DNA of 64,000 nt from Candidatus Latescibacterota bacterium (GCA_022822725.1 JAJEAN010000006.1:105850-169849), one strand, 5' to 3'. Counted from the stretch's first letter, positions 43,551-53,654 are shown. Notes: generated by a model from the letters alone, not told the origin. Numbers and translations are program-made.

Positions 43551-44133
43551 GGACCGCCCGGTCCAGCAACGACTTCAACGCGGGAGCAAGGTCGATATCC
43601 TGCGCTGCCTCCCGGCCCTCGGGCGACATCTTCTTCCAGGTCTTCGCCAGGATTTCGACCAGCTTCTCGTCACTGTGCTTCTTCGCGAACGCGGGCAGAT
43701 AATGCCGGAGAAACACCAGGCAGGCGACGTCCTCGAGGGTCTGCGCCTCGGGGTCCGCCTTGAAACGCTCTTTCCGGACGAGGGCCTGCACGCGCTCCAC
43801 GAGGGCGTCGTCATAGCCGGCGTCCCGCAGAATGGCACCCGCGGTCTGGGCATGATACCAGGCCAGTTCCGTGCGCCACTGCCGGTAACCCAGCCGGCCC
43901 ACGGGGAAATCGCCGCGGGGAATCTTCCACCGCTGGATGTGCTGGCAGCGCACGGCCAGCCGCAGCGCTTCCGACGCGCCGGGCGCCAGGTCTTCAAGGC
44001 AGTCCGACATCCGCAAGCCGTACAGGAGCGTTTTCGGCATCGCTCGGCCGTCGACTTCTTCGGATTCCGGGTCGGCGCCGTTCGCGGCGTCGATGCGTTC
44101 AATGGCGTCCGAAAATCGATCATGATCCATCAA
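43540..44133 (-). CDS. DUF4202 domain-containing protein
   Basis: Matches my recollection of the family along its length (ALRLAVRCQHIQRWKIPR...YRQWRTELAWYHAQ...LEDVACLVFL...KTWKKMSPEGREAA). Confidence 0.8.
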   Translation of the reverse strand: MMDHDRFSDAIERIDAANGADPESEEVDGRAMPKTLLYGLRMSDCLEDLAPGASEALRLAVRCQHIQRWKIPRGDFPVGRLGYRQWRTELAWYHAQTAGAILRDAGYDDALVERVQALVRKERFKADPEAQTLEDVACLVFLRHYLPAFAKKHSDEKLVEILAKTWKKMSPEGREAAQDIDLAPALKSLLDRAVRVT

Positions 44134-44166
44134 TCAGGTCGCTTTCACCTATCAGTCGCATTCACC

Positions 44167-44201
44167 AAAAAGCCGCCGGATGATGATTCCGGCGGCTTTT
44201 T
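44167..44201. terminator. Bidirectional rho-independent terminator between the HTH gene and DUF4202
   Basis: AAAA-AGCCGCCGGA-tgatgat-TCCGGCGGCT-TTTTT: a perfect 10-bp stem with a 7-nt loop and A/T runs on both sides. Confidence 0.85.
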
Positions 44202-44233
44202 CGCAGTGACATGAAGCATTACGGGATCGTATA

Positions 44234-44662
44234 TCAGGCGGAAATGGCGAGCTGTTCGCTGTATCCCTGCGTCTCGAACTTCCGCTCGGCCGGATGAAAG
44301 TCGATTCCGTGCCGGGTACACATCTTGCGCAATTTGTTTACCGCGCCGCCGATGTGTTTTCCGCCCCGGCAGATTCCGAACAGGTGCTGGCTCACGACCC
44401 TTCGGGAGATGCCCAGTATCTCCGCGGTCTCCTGCTGGGTCTTCTGATAGATGAAATACAGCACCACGACCTCGCACTGTTTCTGGGTCAGATACTGGGA
44501 GAGGAAATCGTAGACCGAGTCGGCCAGTTCGTCCACCCGGTCTTCGCGCTGGTACCTGTGCACCCGATCCTCCCCCGTCTCGTACCAGATATTCGCTTCA
44601 TTGGGATATTGCTCCAGGTCAACCTGGTCCAAACGGATTTCCCAGAATTCTGGATTATACAT
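44234..44662 (-). CDS. Small sigma-70 region-4-like HTH protein (region-4-only)
   Basis: LTQKQCEVVVLYFIYQKTQQETAEILGISRRVVSQHL fits the sigma70 r4.2 HTH pattern. No region 2 is present. The gene is followed by a strong bidirectional terminator. Confidence 0.6.
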   Translation of the reverse strand: MYNPEFWEIRLDQVDLEQYPNEANIWYETGEDRVHRYQREDRVDELADSVYDFLSQYLTQKQCEVVVLYFIYQKTQQETAEILGISRRVVSQHLFGICRGGKHIGGAVNKLRKMCTRHGIDFHPAERKFETQGYSEQLAISA

Positions 44663-44699
44663 GAAGTGATTCTACCTCCGGTTCGATTCGTTCAAGGAC

Positions 44700-44731
44700 A
44701 AAAAAAACACCGCGTGACGTAGGTCTCGCGG
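44700..44731 (-). terminator. Terminator or attenuator hairpin between the micro-ORF and the HTH gene
   Basis: Minus strand CCGCGAGACCTACGTCACGCGG (5+3 bp stem, CUAC loop) followed by TGTTTTTTTTG. Only about 38 nt remain before the HTH gene ATG. Confidence 0.6.
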
Positions 44732-44773
44732 CTCCGGAGGACGTGCGTCAGTTCCCCTGATCGGGTCCTGGAC

Positions 44774-44881
44774 TCAGGGAATGCCCCAACAACACTCCGG
44801 AGACGAGAACGGCGTGCCTGCGTCAGAGACGTAGGTCTTCGGACGCGCGATGGACCGCGCTGCAAGGAATCTTCCTGCCAT
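44774..44881 (-). CDS. Candidate 35-aa micro-ORF (MAGRFLAARSIARPKTYVSDAGTPFSSPECCWGIP)
   Basis: Not in the ORF track because it is under 60 aa. A consensus-type SD AAAGGAGG (44889-44896) lies 7 nt before the ATG, and a hairpin plus T8 terminator follows at 44700-44731. I recognise no homology. Confidence 0.35.
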   Translation of the reverse strand: MAGRFLAARSIARPKTYVSDAGTPFSSPECCWGIP

Positions 44882-45004
44882 TTTGATGCCTCCTTTTGTG
44901 GGATTCAACCCGGGGCGGACGGTCGTAACGTACTGCTGTGGTCATCGAGCCGTCCATGGTTTCTGCGAACTGTGTTCCCGCGGGTGCGACGACGCTATCT
45001 ACAT

Positions 45005-45046
45005 ATATACATTACGGATGCACTTATATACACTCGGGATGCACTT
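45005..45046. repeat. 2 x 21-bp tandem direct repeat (atatacaNtNNggatgcactt) in an AT-rich spacer
   Basis: atatacattacggatgcactt / atatacactcgggatgcactt, 18 of 21 identical, about 125 nt upstream of the micro-ORF on the minus strand. Confidence 0.85.
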
Positions 45047-45110
45047 TTTCTTCGATTCAATGTCAAAAAAACGAAAAAGATCGGATCCGGTTCGGTCCGC
45101 TTCCGTCTGG

Positions 45111-46109
45111 CTAACGCCGAAGCCCCGATCCGGTTCCCTCGATCTGTGCTTCAAGGTCGTCCCGGGTAAACCAGTTGATCGGTCCTGGGATGGAACAGGT
45201 AAGCGCGGCGGCAGAGCTGCCGTACTGCAGCGCGGAACCGGTGCAGTCCTCAAGGCAGCCAAGCAGAAAACCCGCCGTGAAGGCGCCCAGTGCCCCGTCG
45301 GTATCGACCGGCTTGATCTCCCCCGTTCGTTCTTCGAAGGTCTCTCCGGACGGGGAAACCGCGACGGCGGTCCGGCCCGCGGCCTCCTCGGCGGTCAAGG
45401 GGTGCTCCACGACCGCCGCGTGCTTCGAACCGAACAGGTTCCGCGCCAGTCCGGCCGCCGCGTCCAGCCGGCCTTCGAAACCCCAGATCGATTCCAGGGC
45501 CCGCCGGGTCGTCACGAGGATTCGGGCGGTCTCCACGAGCCCGTGCACGCTGCTGGCGACCGCGGCGTCGAGACGCTCCCCTTCGGGAACGTCCAGCGAG
45601 ATACTGACCACGTTGCCTGCGGCACGGACGGACTCGAGGGCGGACACCAACCTGCCAGCGTTCGCGGCCTCCAGCATGGGGACCGTGAGATCCAGGTGAA
45701 GGACGGCCGCCTCCTGGGCCGCAGTCCAGTCCTCCGCGCCGGGAAGGGCAGCACGAAAGGCAGTCCCATCGGTGTCGTACCAGTACCGGGCCGGCCGGGG
45801 CGCGCTGCCCGTTTCGGTGTAGCACAGCCCGGTGCGCCCACCGGGTACGCGGAGCACGTGACGGGTATCCACGCCGTGCTCCCGGACCTTGTTGACGAGC
45901 TTCATGCCCAGGGGCGTGTCGCCCACGGCGGAGAGCCAGGCGGTCCGCAGTTCAAGCCTTGCGAGTCCGACCGCCGCCTCCAGCGCGCCACCCGCCACAG
46001 CCACGTCGAAACCGCTGGCCTGCTCGAACCGTTCCCGCCCCCTCGGGCTAAGGCGCAGAAAACCCTCACCCCAGGTCACCACGTCATAACTTTTGTCTCG
46101 CTTCCTCAT
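45111..46109 (-). CDS. PfkB-family sugar kinase (2-dehydro-3-deoxygluconokinase-like)
   Basis: N-terminus DVVTWGEGFLRLSP, a GG dipeptide region, and the C-terminal DTDGALGAFTAGFL anion-hole/ATP motif. The start overlaps the recO stop (ATGA). Confidence 0.8.
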   Translation of the reverse strand: MRKRDKSYDVVTWGEGFLRLSPRGRERFEQASGFDVAVAGGALEAAVGLARLELRTAWLSAVGDTPLGMKLVNKVREHGVDTRHVLRVPGGRTGLCYTETGSAPRPARYWYDTDGTAFRAALPGAEDWTAAQEAAVLHLDLTVPMLEAANAGRLVSALESVRAAGNVVSISLDVPEGERLDAAVASSVHGLVETARILVTTRRALESIWGFEGRLDAAAGLARNLFGSKHAAVVEHPLTAEEAAGRTAVAVSPSGETFEERTGEIKPVDTDGALGAFTAGFLLGCLEDCTGSALQYGSSAAALTCSIPGPINWFTRDDLEAQIEGTGSGLRR

Positions 46110-46924
46110 AGGTCAGGCTTCCTTGTGGGCGGCACGCCCCCAGGGCCGCGCTCCCGGCCGTCTTCCTCGATGGACTCCAGGAATTTGAGCGACTTCAGCT
46201 CCCGCCCGTCGTCCATCTGGTACAGGTAGAAGGCGCGGATAGCGCGCTGGATCTCCCGGCGCGAAGTCCCAACGGGCTTCAACCGGGGCAGGTGCTCCAG
46301 CGGCATTTCGCGCACACGGGACAGCAACCTGCTGGTGCCCAGGGAAAGCTGCATGGCCTCTGCGTCCTGCGCCTGGCAATCCCGGCACAGGATCCCGCCC
46401 AGGGACGGGCTGAACCGGACCGAGGCTTCCTCCGGACGCTTCCCGCAACCGAGGCAGGAAGCGAACTCCGGACCGGTGCCATAGACATCGGCAAACTCGA
46501 TCTGAAAACGCCAGAACAGCATTTCGCACGCGTCGGCGGACAGCTGGTCGATCGCTTCCAGCGTGTGGAAGATCAGTCCGAAGAGTTGCTCGCCGGGTTC
46601 TTCGCCGAGGACAAGCCGGTTCACCAGTTCACAGACGGCGCTGGCATAGGCCACCTTGGTGAGGTCTTCCCCGATCCGCCTGAAGTACGGCCCCGCCTCG
46701 ACCTTCGAAAGATGCTGCAGTTCACGGTTCTCGCGATGGTTGTACGATACGGTGATCACGCACAACGGCTGTAGCGAGGACGCCATCCTGCTTTTCGGAC
46801 GCCGCGCCCCGCGGGCCACGAGCTTCACCTTTCCGAACGACCGCGCGTACACCGTGACCAGGAGACTGGTATCCCCCAGCGGGATTCGGTTCAGAACGAT
46901 GGCATCCGAGGATCGTATGGCCAT
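46106..46924 (-). CDS. recO: DNA repair protein RecO
   Basis: OB-fold N-terminus (AIVLNRIPLGDTSLLVTVYARSFGKVKLVARGARRPKSR) and a Cys4 zinc motif (CLGCG...CRDC). Confidence 0.9.
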   Translation of the reverse strand: MAIRSSDAIVLNRIPLGDTSLLVTVYARSFGKVKLVARGARRPKSRMASSLQPLCVITVSYNHRENRELQHLSKVEAGPYFRRIGEDLTKVAYASAVCELVNRLVLGEEPGEQLFGLIFHTLEAIDQLSADACEMLFWRFQIEFADVYGTGPEFASCLGCGKRPEEASVRFSPSLGGILCRDCQAQDAEAMQLSLGTSRLLSRVREMPLEHLPRLKPVGTSRREIQRAIRAFYLYQMDDGRELKSLKFLESIEEDGRERGPGGVPPTRKPDL

Positions 46925-46958
46925 GGACAGGCCCGGTGGTTTCAGCGAGTAAGTCGTT

Positions 46959-47417
46959 TCAACGGGTGGGATCCGACGTCCTGTCTCCGGTGGAATCCGT
47001 TGTGGCGGAACCGGATTCTGCGGAATCGGATTCTGCGGGAAATCGGTAAATCAACTCGTCATCCCGGACCATGCCGTGTTCCTCCCGGGCCCGCCTCTCC
47101 AGCTCGAAGCGCGTCCGGTCGTCTGTCGCGGCATCGCCTTCGAGCAGTTCCAGTTCGCCAGTCAGAACGCGCACTCTGGATTGCTCTTTCTCCAAATCGG
47201 CCTGCAACCGGGATCGCTGCTCCATCAGTTTCCACATGTTGTACCAGCCGTAACTGCCGCCAATATAGACGTAACCGAACACGACGGCGATCACACAGAG
47301 GACGATCCACCTCAGCCGGGTCCGCCTCCTGGGCCGCCGGCGCCGTCCGGCCACGGACGCCGCCGAGGCATCGGACGCCGGCGAGGCATCGGATTTGAAA
47401 TGCCCCGTATCTGTCAT
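46959..47417 (-). CDS. ftsB: Septum formation initiator FtsB/DivIC family protein
   Basis: TM helix plus coiled coil (YNMWKLMEQRSRLQADLEKEQSRVRVLTGELELLE) and conserved ...ARE.HGMVRDDELIYRF. It sits in the conserved eno-ftsB synteny. The internal start at 47417 was chosen. Confidence 0.8.
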   Translation of the reverse strand: MTDTGHFKSDASPASDASAASVAGRRRRPRRRTRLRWIVLCVIAVVFGYVYIGGSYGWYNMWKLMEQRSRLQADLEKEQSRVRVLTGELELLEGDAATDDRTRFELERRAREEHGMVRDDELIYRFPAESDSAESGSATTDSTGDRTSDPTR

Positions 47418-47431
47418 GGGTCTTGCTCCGG

Positions 47432-48772
<1,341 letters not shown>

Positions 48773-48848
48773 CTGACGCGGTTCACTGCTTAGACCGCTC
48801 CATATGTAAACGGCTCCGGGCCATGCGTCAAGGACAAGACGGAATGGG

Positions 48849-49946
48849 TCACGGCGGTTGGTCTTCCGGCGCCTGAAGTTCCCTGAGCTGGCGGGTCACC
48901 CGGGCCAGTTCGATCAGCATTTCTTCCATGCGCGCCGCGTATTCCCCGGGGTCCTCCTGGTCCTTCCGGGCCCTTAGGTCGTCGATCTGCCAGCGCAGAT
49001 CGTCCATGCGCGCCTGCAACGCCCGTCCTCCGGGAGGAACGGTCCCGGCAACGGCTTCCGGCCCGCGTCCAAAGTATATCCTGCCGGCCAGCGTCCCGTC
49101 CGTACCGCCGGGCCCCGGTTCCCGGGTACCCCGCCCGTCGCCGTTGTCGTCCAGCAGGGCATGCTCGGTAGCCAGCAGCCCCTGGCCTTCGTACCACTCC
49201 GCGGTCCTGTTTCTCGCGAAGACAAACGACTCCAGCACGGAGACCCGGCCGTCCTTGTCCAGGTCGCCCGCCTCCGATTTCAGTGCGTCGAGCAGGTGTC
49301 CCGGGAAGACCGTGGACAGTCGTTCGGCGCCGCTTTTGGTCGCCGTAACGATCACGCGGTCCGGACCGCTCAGCGCATCGATGAAAGGGGCGCTGGAACT
49401 CGCTCCGTTCATAACGACCGTGTACCGGGCCCCGATCTCGCTGAGTGCGTCGCCGAGCGCGTCCGCTGTCAGGTCGGGGCCGGGTATGTTCAGCCTGGGA
49501 CCCGTGCCCGTGGCGCTGCCATGGCCGATCAACAGGACGAACAGATCGTCGACGGGACGCACCCGGCGCGCCAGCTCGGACAGGGCGGCCCGGATCTCCT
49601 CCAGCGTGGATCTCACGGCCGGGGGGCCGCCCGCGGCATCCGGGTCCTCGACCAGCAGGAACAAACGGTCTGCCGAGAAACCGTGTTCGGTCTTCAGGAC
49701 ATCATAGAAGCCGCGCGCCCAGGTCAGATGCTGTTCCACGTACTTCTGTTCACCGCCGAGACCCGCGATGACCAATCCGTACCGCATGCCCGACGACGGT
49801 CCCGCGGGATTCATATCCTGGGGACCAGCCGCATGGGCCGGCAACAGCCCCGCAGTCAGCAGGCTAGCGGCCAACACTCCCGCGGCCAACACTCCCGCGG
49901 ACAGCACTCTCGCGGACTTGCCCATGGCCAGGTTGACCAGGCCCAT
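48849..49946 (-). CDS. Secreted legumain-like (peptidase C13 / caspase-fold) protein with Ser in place of the catalytic Cys, plus an EF-hand-like loop and C-terminal coiled coil
   Basis: LFVLLIGHGSATG aligns to legumain FIYFTDHGSTG. TVVMNGASSSAPF aligns to VFYIEACESGSM, giving Cys to Ser. DLDKDGRVSVLE is a canonical 12-residue EF-hand loop. The start at 49946 overlaps the upstream stop by 1 nt (TGATG). Confidence 0.5.
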   Translation of the reverse strand: MGLVNLAMGKSARVLSAGVLAAGVLAASLLTAGLLPAHAAGPQDMNPAGPSSGMRYGLVIAGLGGEQKYVEQHLTWARGFYDVLKTEHGFSADRLFLLVEDPDAAGGPPAVRSTLEEIRAALSELARRVRPVDDLFVLLIGHGSATGTGPRLNIPGPDLTADALGDALSEIGARYTVVMNGASSSAPFIDALSGPDRVIVTATKSGAERLSTVFPGHLLDALKSEAGDLDKDGRVSVLESFVFARNRTAEWYEGQGLLATEHALLDDNGDGRGTREPGPGGTDGTLAGRIYFGRGPEAVAGTVPPGGRALQARMDDLRWQIDDLRARKDQEDPGEYAARMEEMLIELARVTRQLRELQAPEDQPP

Positions 49947-52231
49947 CACGACAGTCCTTTCTGGCGTCTCAGGAACCACTCGGCGCTCAGGAACAGCAGA
50001 ATGGCCGCGAACAGGAAGGGCGTGTCCCGCAGGTCGCTCTCGCGGATCGTAGTAGCCGTGTCCTCGACGGGCGCGATCAGTTCCGCAAGCCGTCCCGCAT
50101 CGGACAGCGGCAGGTACGTGCCGCCCGTGGACGCCGCGAGCCTTTCGAGTTCTTCCCGGCGTAGCCCCGCGTTCGTGAATTCGGTGGCCGATGGGGCCAC
50201 GGTAAACCCGGTCTGGTCGCGCAGCAACTCGCCGTCCCCGGAACGGACCGATACCTCCACCTTGTGCATCCCGCCCAGATCGGGCCGGAACTCGCCCCGG
50301 TACATTCCGCTCCTACCAAGGGCCCGTTCGAGCCGCACGGCCTCCGTACGTCCGGCGGGGCCCGTTACGTCGGCCCACACTTCGGCGCCGTCCACCGGTT
50401 CGAATTCCTGGTCGAACAAGCGGCTTTCGATGATTACCGGCTCGTGTCCACCGTAGTTCGTCTGGTCCGTGGAGACCGTTACCCGACCGGGGGCGTACAG
50501 GGCGATCCAGCGGATCATCTGGCGCCAGAACCGTTCGTGCGACTGATCTTCCGACGGAAGATGCATCTGCCAGCGCCACGTGCTGAAACCGGTAAAGGCC
50601 ATGGATCGTCCGCTGCCGTAACGCTGGACCGCCAGGATCACGTTCGACCCTTCCAGCGCGTCCGCTTTCGGGTCGATCGCCAACACCGCGGCCCCGGGTT
50701 TCGCGCCGCCGATCCGGTTGTAACCGATCAGCTCCGGCAACTCGCTCCAGATCGCGGTGTTTTCCTCCCGGGTAGACCCGAAGCGGAGCAGGGGATGGTC
50801 GATCCCTTCCGCGGCCGGTTCCAGGCGAAAGGCGTGGTCAACAATGCCCATGGCCCAGTCTTCGCCGGTGAGCCGAACCGGCAGCAAGTCCTCGATCGGC
50901 GTTCCCGCGTACCCGCCTTCCCGGAAGGAACTCAGTCCACCGATCATCAGGAAGCCGCCGCCGCGGTCACTCACGAAGGCCTCGGTGAGCCGCAACTGCT
51001 CGGGCGTGAACCAGTCCGACTCGACATCTCCGAATACGACGGCGTCATAGGCAAACAGCTCTTCGCGGCTCCGGGGGTATCCCGCCGTCAGCTCCTGATT
51101 CGGATCCCGGATGCCCTGGCGGTAGATCCTCCCGTCCGGCGAGATCCTGACGATCGAGACCAGGTCGATCCTGGCGTCTTCTTCCAGGGCTCTTCGTATG
51201 AACTTGAACTCCCGCCGGGGGTAACCTTCCACGTACAGGACCCGTCCGGTTTTCGACCGGTTGTCCAGCAGGAAGGCCTGCGCGTTGTTCTCCGCGATCG
51301 TTTCCGCGTTCTGCGGGGCGATTTCGGCCGAGTATTCGAGAATGCCCGGCGACTCCGGCGAGAGAAACACCTGGACCCGCTGGATGTCGCCGTCCTCTCC
51401 AAGGCGCACGGGCACGGTCTGGACGACGCGACCGCCCTCCCTGATGTCCAGGTCGATGGACCGGCCGGAATACCCCGAACTCCGAAGGGTGACGACGAGG
51501 TCGGTTATGGTTCCTTCCGTGACCCTGTCCGATGCGGCTACCTTGAGGATCTCAACGTCCCGGTCGATCCGTTCCCGGCCGACGCCCACGGTATGGACCG
51601 GCGTGTCCTGCGATGCGAGGTACGCGGCCGCGTTGCCGAGCCTGTCCGTACCCGTGCCCGTATTGTCCGCGCCGTCGGTCACCAGCACCACGGCGGCCAC
51701 GGGCAGGTCCCTGAACTCGCCGGCGGCCTGTGTGAGCGCTCCCGCCATGTCCGTCGCGGTCCCGGAAGCGTCCAGTTCCGCGATATCCGGGACCCGGTCG
51801 GTCCGTTCCGCGAACCGGTAGGACCTCAGCCTGAACCGGGCGGCGAGTTCTTCGAGCAGTCCATCATCCGCGAACCGGCGCTTTACCGCTTCTACGCGGG
51901 AGAGGCCCTGCGACGCGTCTTGAATGCCCATGCTCCCGGAGTCGTCGAAGAGCATCAGGAGGAAACCCCGGCGTGGCGAGACCTCGGAAGCTACGATGAC
52001 GGGTTCCATGAGACAGAACACGACCAGCAGCAGGGGCAGGATCTTCAGCCCGGTGAGCAGGGATTTCATTGGCGTGGAAGTCGCCACGGGCATGCGGCGG
52101 TAGAACAAAACGACGAGCCCGGCCACGGACAGGGCGAAGAGTACGATGGCCCAGAAAGGAATCGTGGTTCTGAATGACAGGTGTTCAGACGCCCCGATCA
52201 GGCCGAGTTCGTATAGGACCGAATCGATCAC
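49946..52231 (-). CDS. BatA-like membrane protein: N-terminal TM helices + VWA domain + GATase1-like domain
   Basis: Two N-terminal TM helices, VWA MIDAS motif (LFDDSGSMG ... VLVTDGADN), and a later RVLYVEGYPRREFKFIRRAL segment typical of the GATase1-like module in Bat-type proteins. Confidence 0.65.
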   Translation of the reverse strand: MIDSVLYELGLIGASEHLSFRTTIPFWAIVLFALSVAGLVVLFYRRMPVATSTPMKSLLTGLKILPLLLVVFCLMEPVIVASEVSPRRGFLLMLFDDSGSMGIQDASQGLSRVEAVKRRFADDGLLEELAARFRLRSYRFAERTDRVPDIAELDASGTATDMAGALTQAAGEFRDLPVAAVVLVTDGADNTGTGTDRLGNAAAYLASQDTPVHTVGVGRERIDRDVEILKVAASDRVTEGTITDLVVTLRSSGYSGRSIDLDIREGGRVVQTVPVRLGEDGDIQRVQVFLSPESPGILEYSAEIAPQNAETIAENNAQAFLLDNRSKTGRVLYVEGYPRREFKFIRRALEEDARIDLVSIVRISPDGRIYRQGIRDPNQELTAGYPRSREELFAYDAVVFGDVESDWFTPEQLRLTEAFVSDRGGGFLMIGGLSSFREGGYAGTPIEDLLPVRLTGEDWAMGIVDHAFRLEPAAEGIDHPLLRFGSTREENTAIWSELPELIGYNRIGGAKPGAAVLAIDPKADALEGSNVILAVQRYGSGRSMAFTGFSTWRWQMHLPSEDQSHERFWRQMIRWIALYAPGRVTVSTDQTNYGGHEPVIIESRLFDQEFEPVDGAEVWADVTGPAGRTEAVRLERALGRSGMYRGEFRPDLGGMHKVEVSVRSGDGELLRDQTGFTVAPSATEFTNAGLRREELERLAASTGGTYLPLSDAGRLAELIAPVEDTATTIRESDLRDTPFLFAAILLFLSAEWFLRRQKGLS

Positions 52232-52402
52232 GGTATATACCAGGTGGGGTTAGAATCATAGGGAAGCGACACTCCGCCCGGGCCGGCCGGCAGGGAGCGC
52301 CGCCGGTCCCGGACCGGACATCGGTATTGAAAAGGAAAACGGGCGGGACTGTCAATACAAATAAGGCGGTCGGGCGGTACGGGAAGCCCGGCCTGAAAGC
52401 CC

Positions 52403-52431
52403 TTGACAGCACGGGGGAGCGTACCTAAGTT
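52403..52431 (+). promoter_or_regulatory. Candidate sigma70-type promoter of the cytochrome c gene
   Basis: TTGACA-17 nt-TAAGTT, about 95 nt upstream of the ATG. Confidence 0.5.
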
Positions 52432-52479
52432 GCCCGAACAGCCCGTGGTGCGGGGAAGCCCCGGCGAAGCGCAACAAAG

Positions 52480-52517
52480 TCCGCAATGCCCACGACGATC
52501 CGCAATGCCCACGACGA
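52480..52517 (+). repeat. 2 x 19-bp perfect tandem repeat immediately 5' of the cytochrome c Shine-Dalgarno
   Basis: tccgcaatgcccacgacga occurs twice, followed directly by aaggag. Confidence 0.95.
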
Positions 52518-52528
52518 AAGGAGTCGCG

Positions 52529-52900
52529 ATGAAACGGATCATACCGGTGATAGCCGCCTGCTTCGTGATGACGGTCCTGGTCGACGCAACCGTGGACGCC
52601 CAGCGCACCCCCCAGAACGTCCAGGTCCTGACGGATCTCTCTACCCGGGATATACGCGAATACATGAAGACGGTCAGCAGCGGCATCGGGGAGAAGTGCG
52701 ACTACTGCCACAATCTGAAAGACTACGCCAGCGACGAAAAGGAAACCAAGCTGGTCGGTCGCGAGTTCATCAGGCTCGTGGAGCAGGTCAACGAGCAGGT
52801 GACGGCCATCAACAGCAACGTCATGAACAAGGAAGACCTGCAACTGGTTACCTGCTACACCTGCCACGCCGGTGAACTCACCATCATTTCCGAAGAGTAG
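52529..52900 (+). CDS. Small periplasmic c-type cytochrome (two CxxCH motifs; reaction-centre-cytochrome-like family)
   Basis: Signal peptide MKRIIPVIAACFVMTVLVDATVDAQ and haem motifs CDYCH and CYTCH. SD GAAAGGAG lies 6 nt before the ATG at 52529. Confidence 0.75.
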   Translation: MKRIIPVIAACFVMTVLVDATVDAQRTPQNVQVLTDLSTRDIREYMKTVSSGIGEKCDYCHNLKDYASDEKETKLVGREFIRLVEQVNEQVTAINSNVMNKEDLQLVTCYTCHAGELTIISEE

Positions 52901-52946
52901 GCATTCTGCTTTTCGCAAACCTCGAACCTGACGGGGTCAGAGAGAC

Positions 52947-53654
52947 GTGACTGGATACACGGCGATCACGATACTGCTGGGCCTCGTCCTGGCGCCCTTT
53001 GCATCGGTTTCCGCCCAACCTCGGGAAGGTGCCTTCGAAGGCAGCCTGGACTTCAGCGTGGCGTTCAGCGGCGGCAACATGCAGGAACGGGCCCAGGTCA
53101 CCATGCTGGTGCCCGAGTCGTACACCCTCTACATCAAGGGCGGACAGACCAAGATCCTCATGCGGGGCGGCATGATCGGCCTGACGATGGGCGAGGTCGT
53201 GATCGACGGGTCGTCGGGCCGGGGATTCGTCATAAGCCACATGAACAGCAAGGCCTACGAAATCGTCGCGGACCCGAACCTGAAAGAACGGGCCGCGCCG
53301 GTGATCGTCGACGAGAACGAAACGGCCGTCATAGCCGGCTACGAATGCAGGAAGTACAGAATCACCCGGGCCAATCCTTCCGGCGCGATGACCCAGTACA
53401 TGTGGGTTACCGACGCGATCCAACTGGACCTGGCCGCCTCCCTCGGAAACGCGTTGAAGGACAGCATGCCCTTCTGGACCGAGGGCCTGACCGGATTCCC
53501 GCTGCGGATCACCACGTCCTTCCCCGGGACGGCCATGTCCATGACCCTGACCGCGACCGACGTGAAACCCCACGTCGTCGATCCGTCCATATTCGTCGTC
53601 CCGGCCGGTTACGCCATCGAGGCCATCAACCCGGGGCAGCTTTTCGGTAGATGA
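52947..53654 (+). CDS. Secreted hypothetical protein (DUF4412-like)
   Basis: Signal peptide (ILLGLVLAPFASVSAQP) and a beta-rich sequence. The family assignment is from memory and weak. GTG start. Confidence 0.45.
   Translation: MTGYTAITILLGLVLAPFASVSAQPREGAFEGSLDFSVAFSGGNMQERAQVTMLVPESYTLYIKGGQTKILMRGGMIGLTMGEVVIDGSSGRGFVISHMNSKAYEIVADPNLKERAAPVIVDENETAVIAGYECRKYRITRANPSGAMTQYMWVTDAIQLDLAASLGNALKDSMPFWTEGLTGFPLRITTSFPGTAMSMTLTATDVKPHVVDPSIFVVPAGYAIEAINPGQLFGR

Noticed and set aside
48780-48848. A candidate eno promoter (TTGACG-16/17-TTACAT/TACATA).
   Set aside because: The -10 match is poor at the most conserved positions at either spacing, so it is not reported as a feature.
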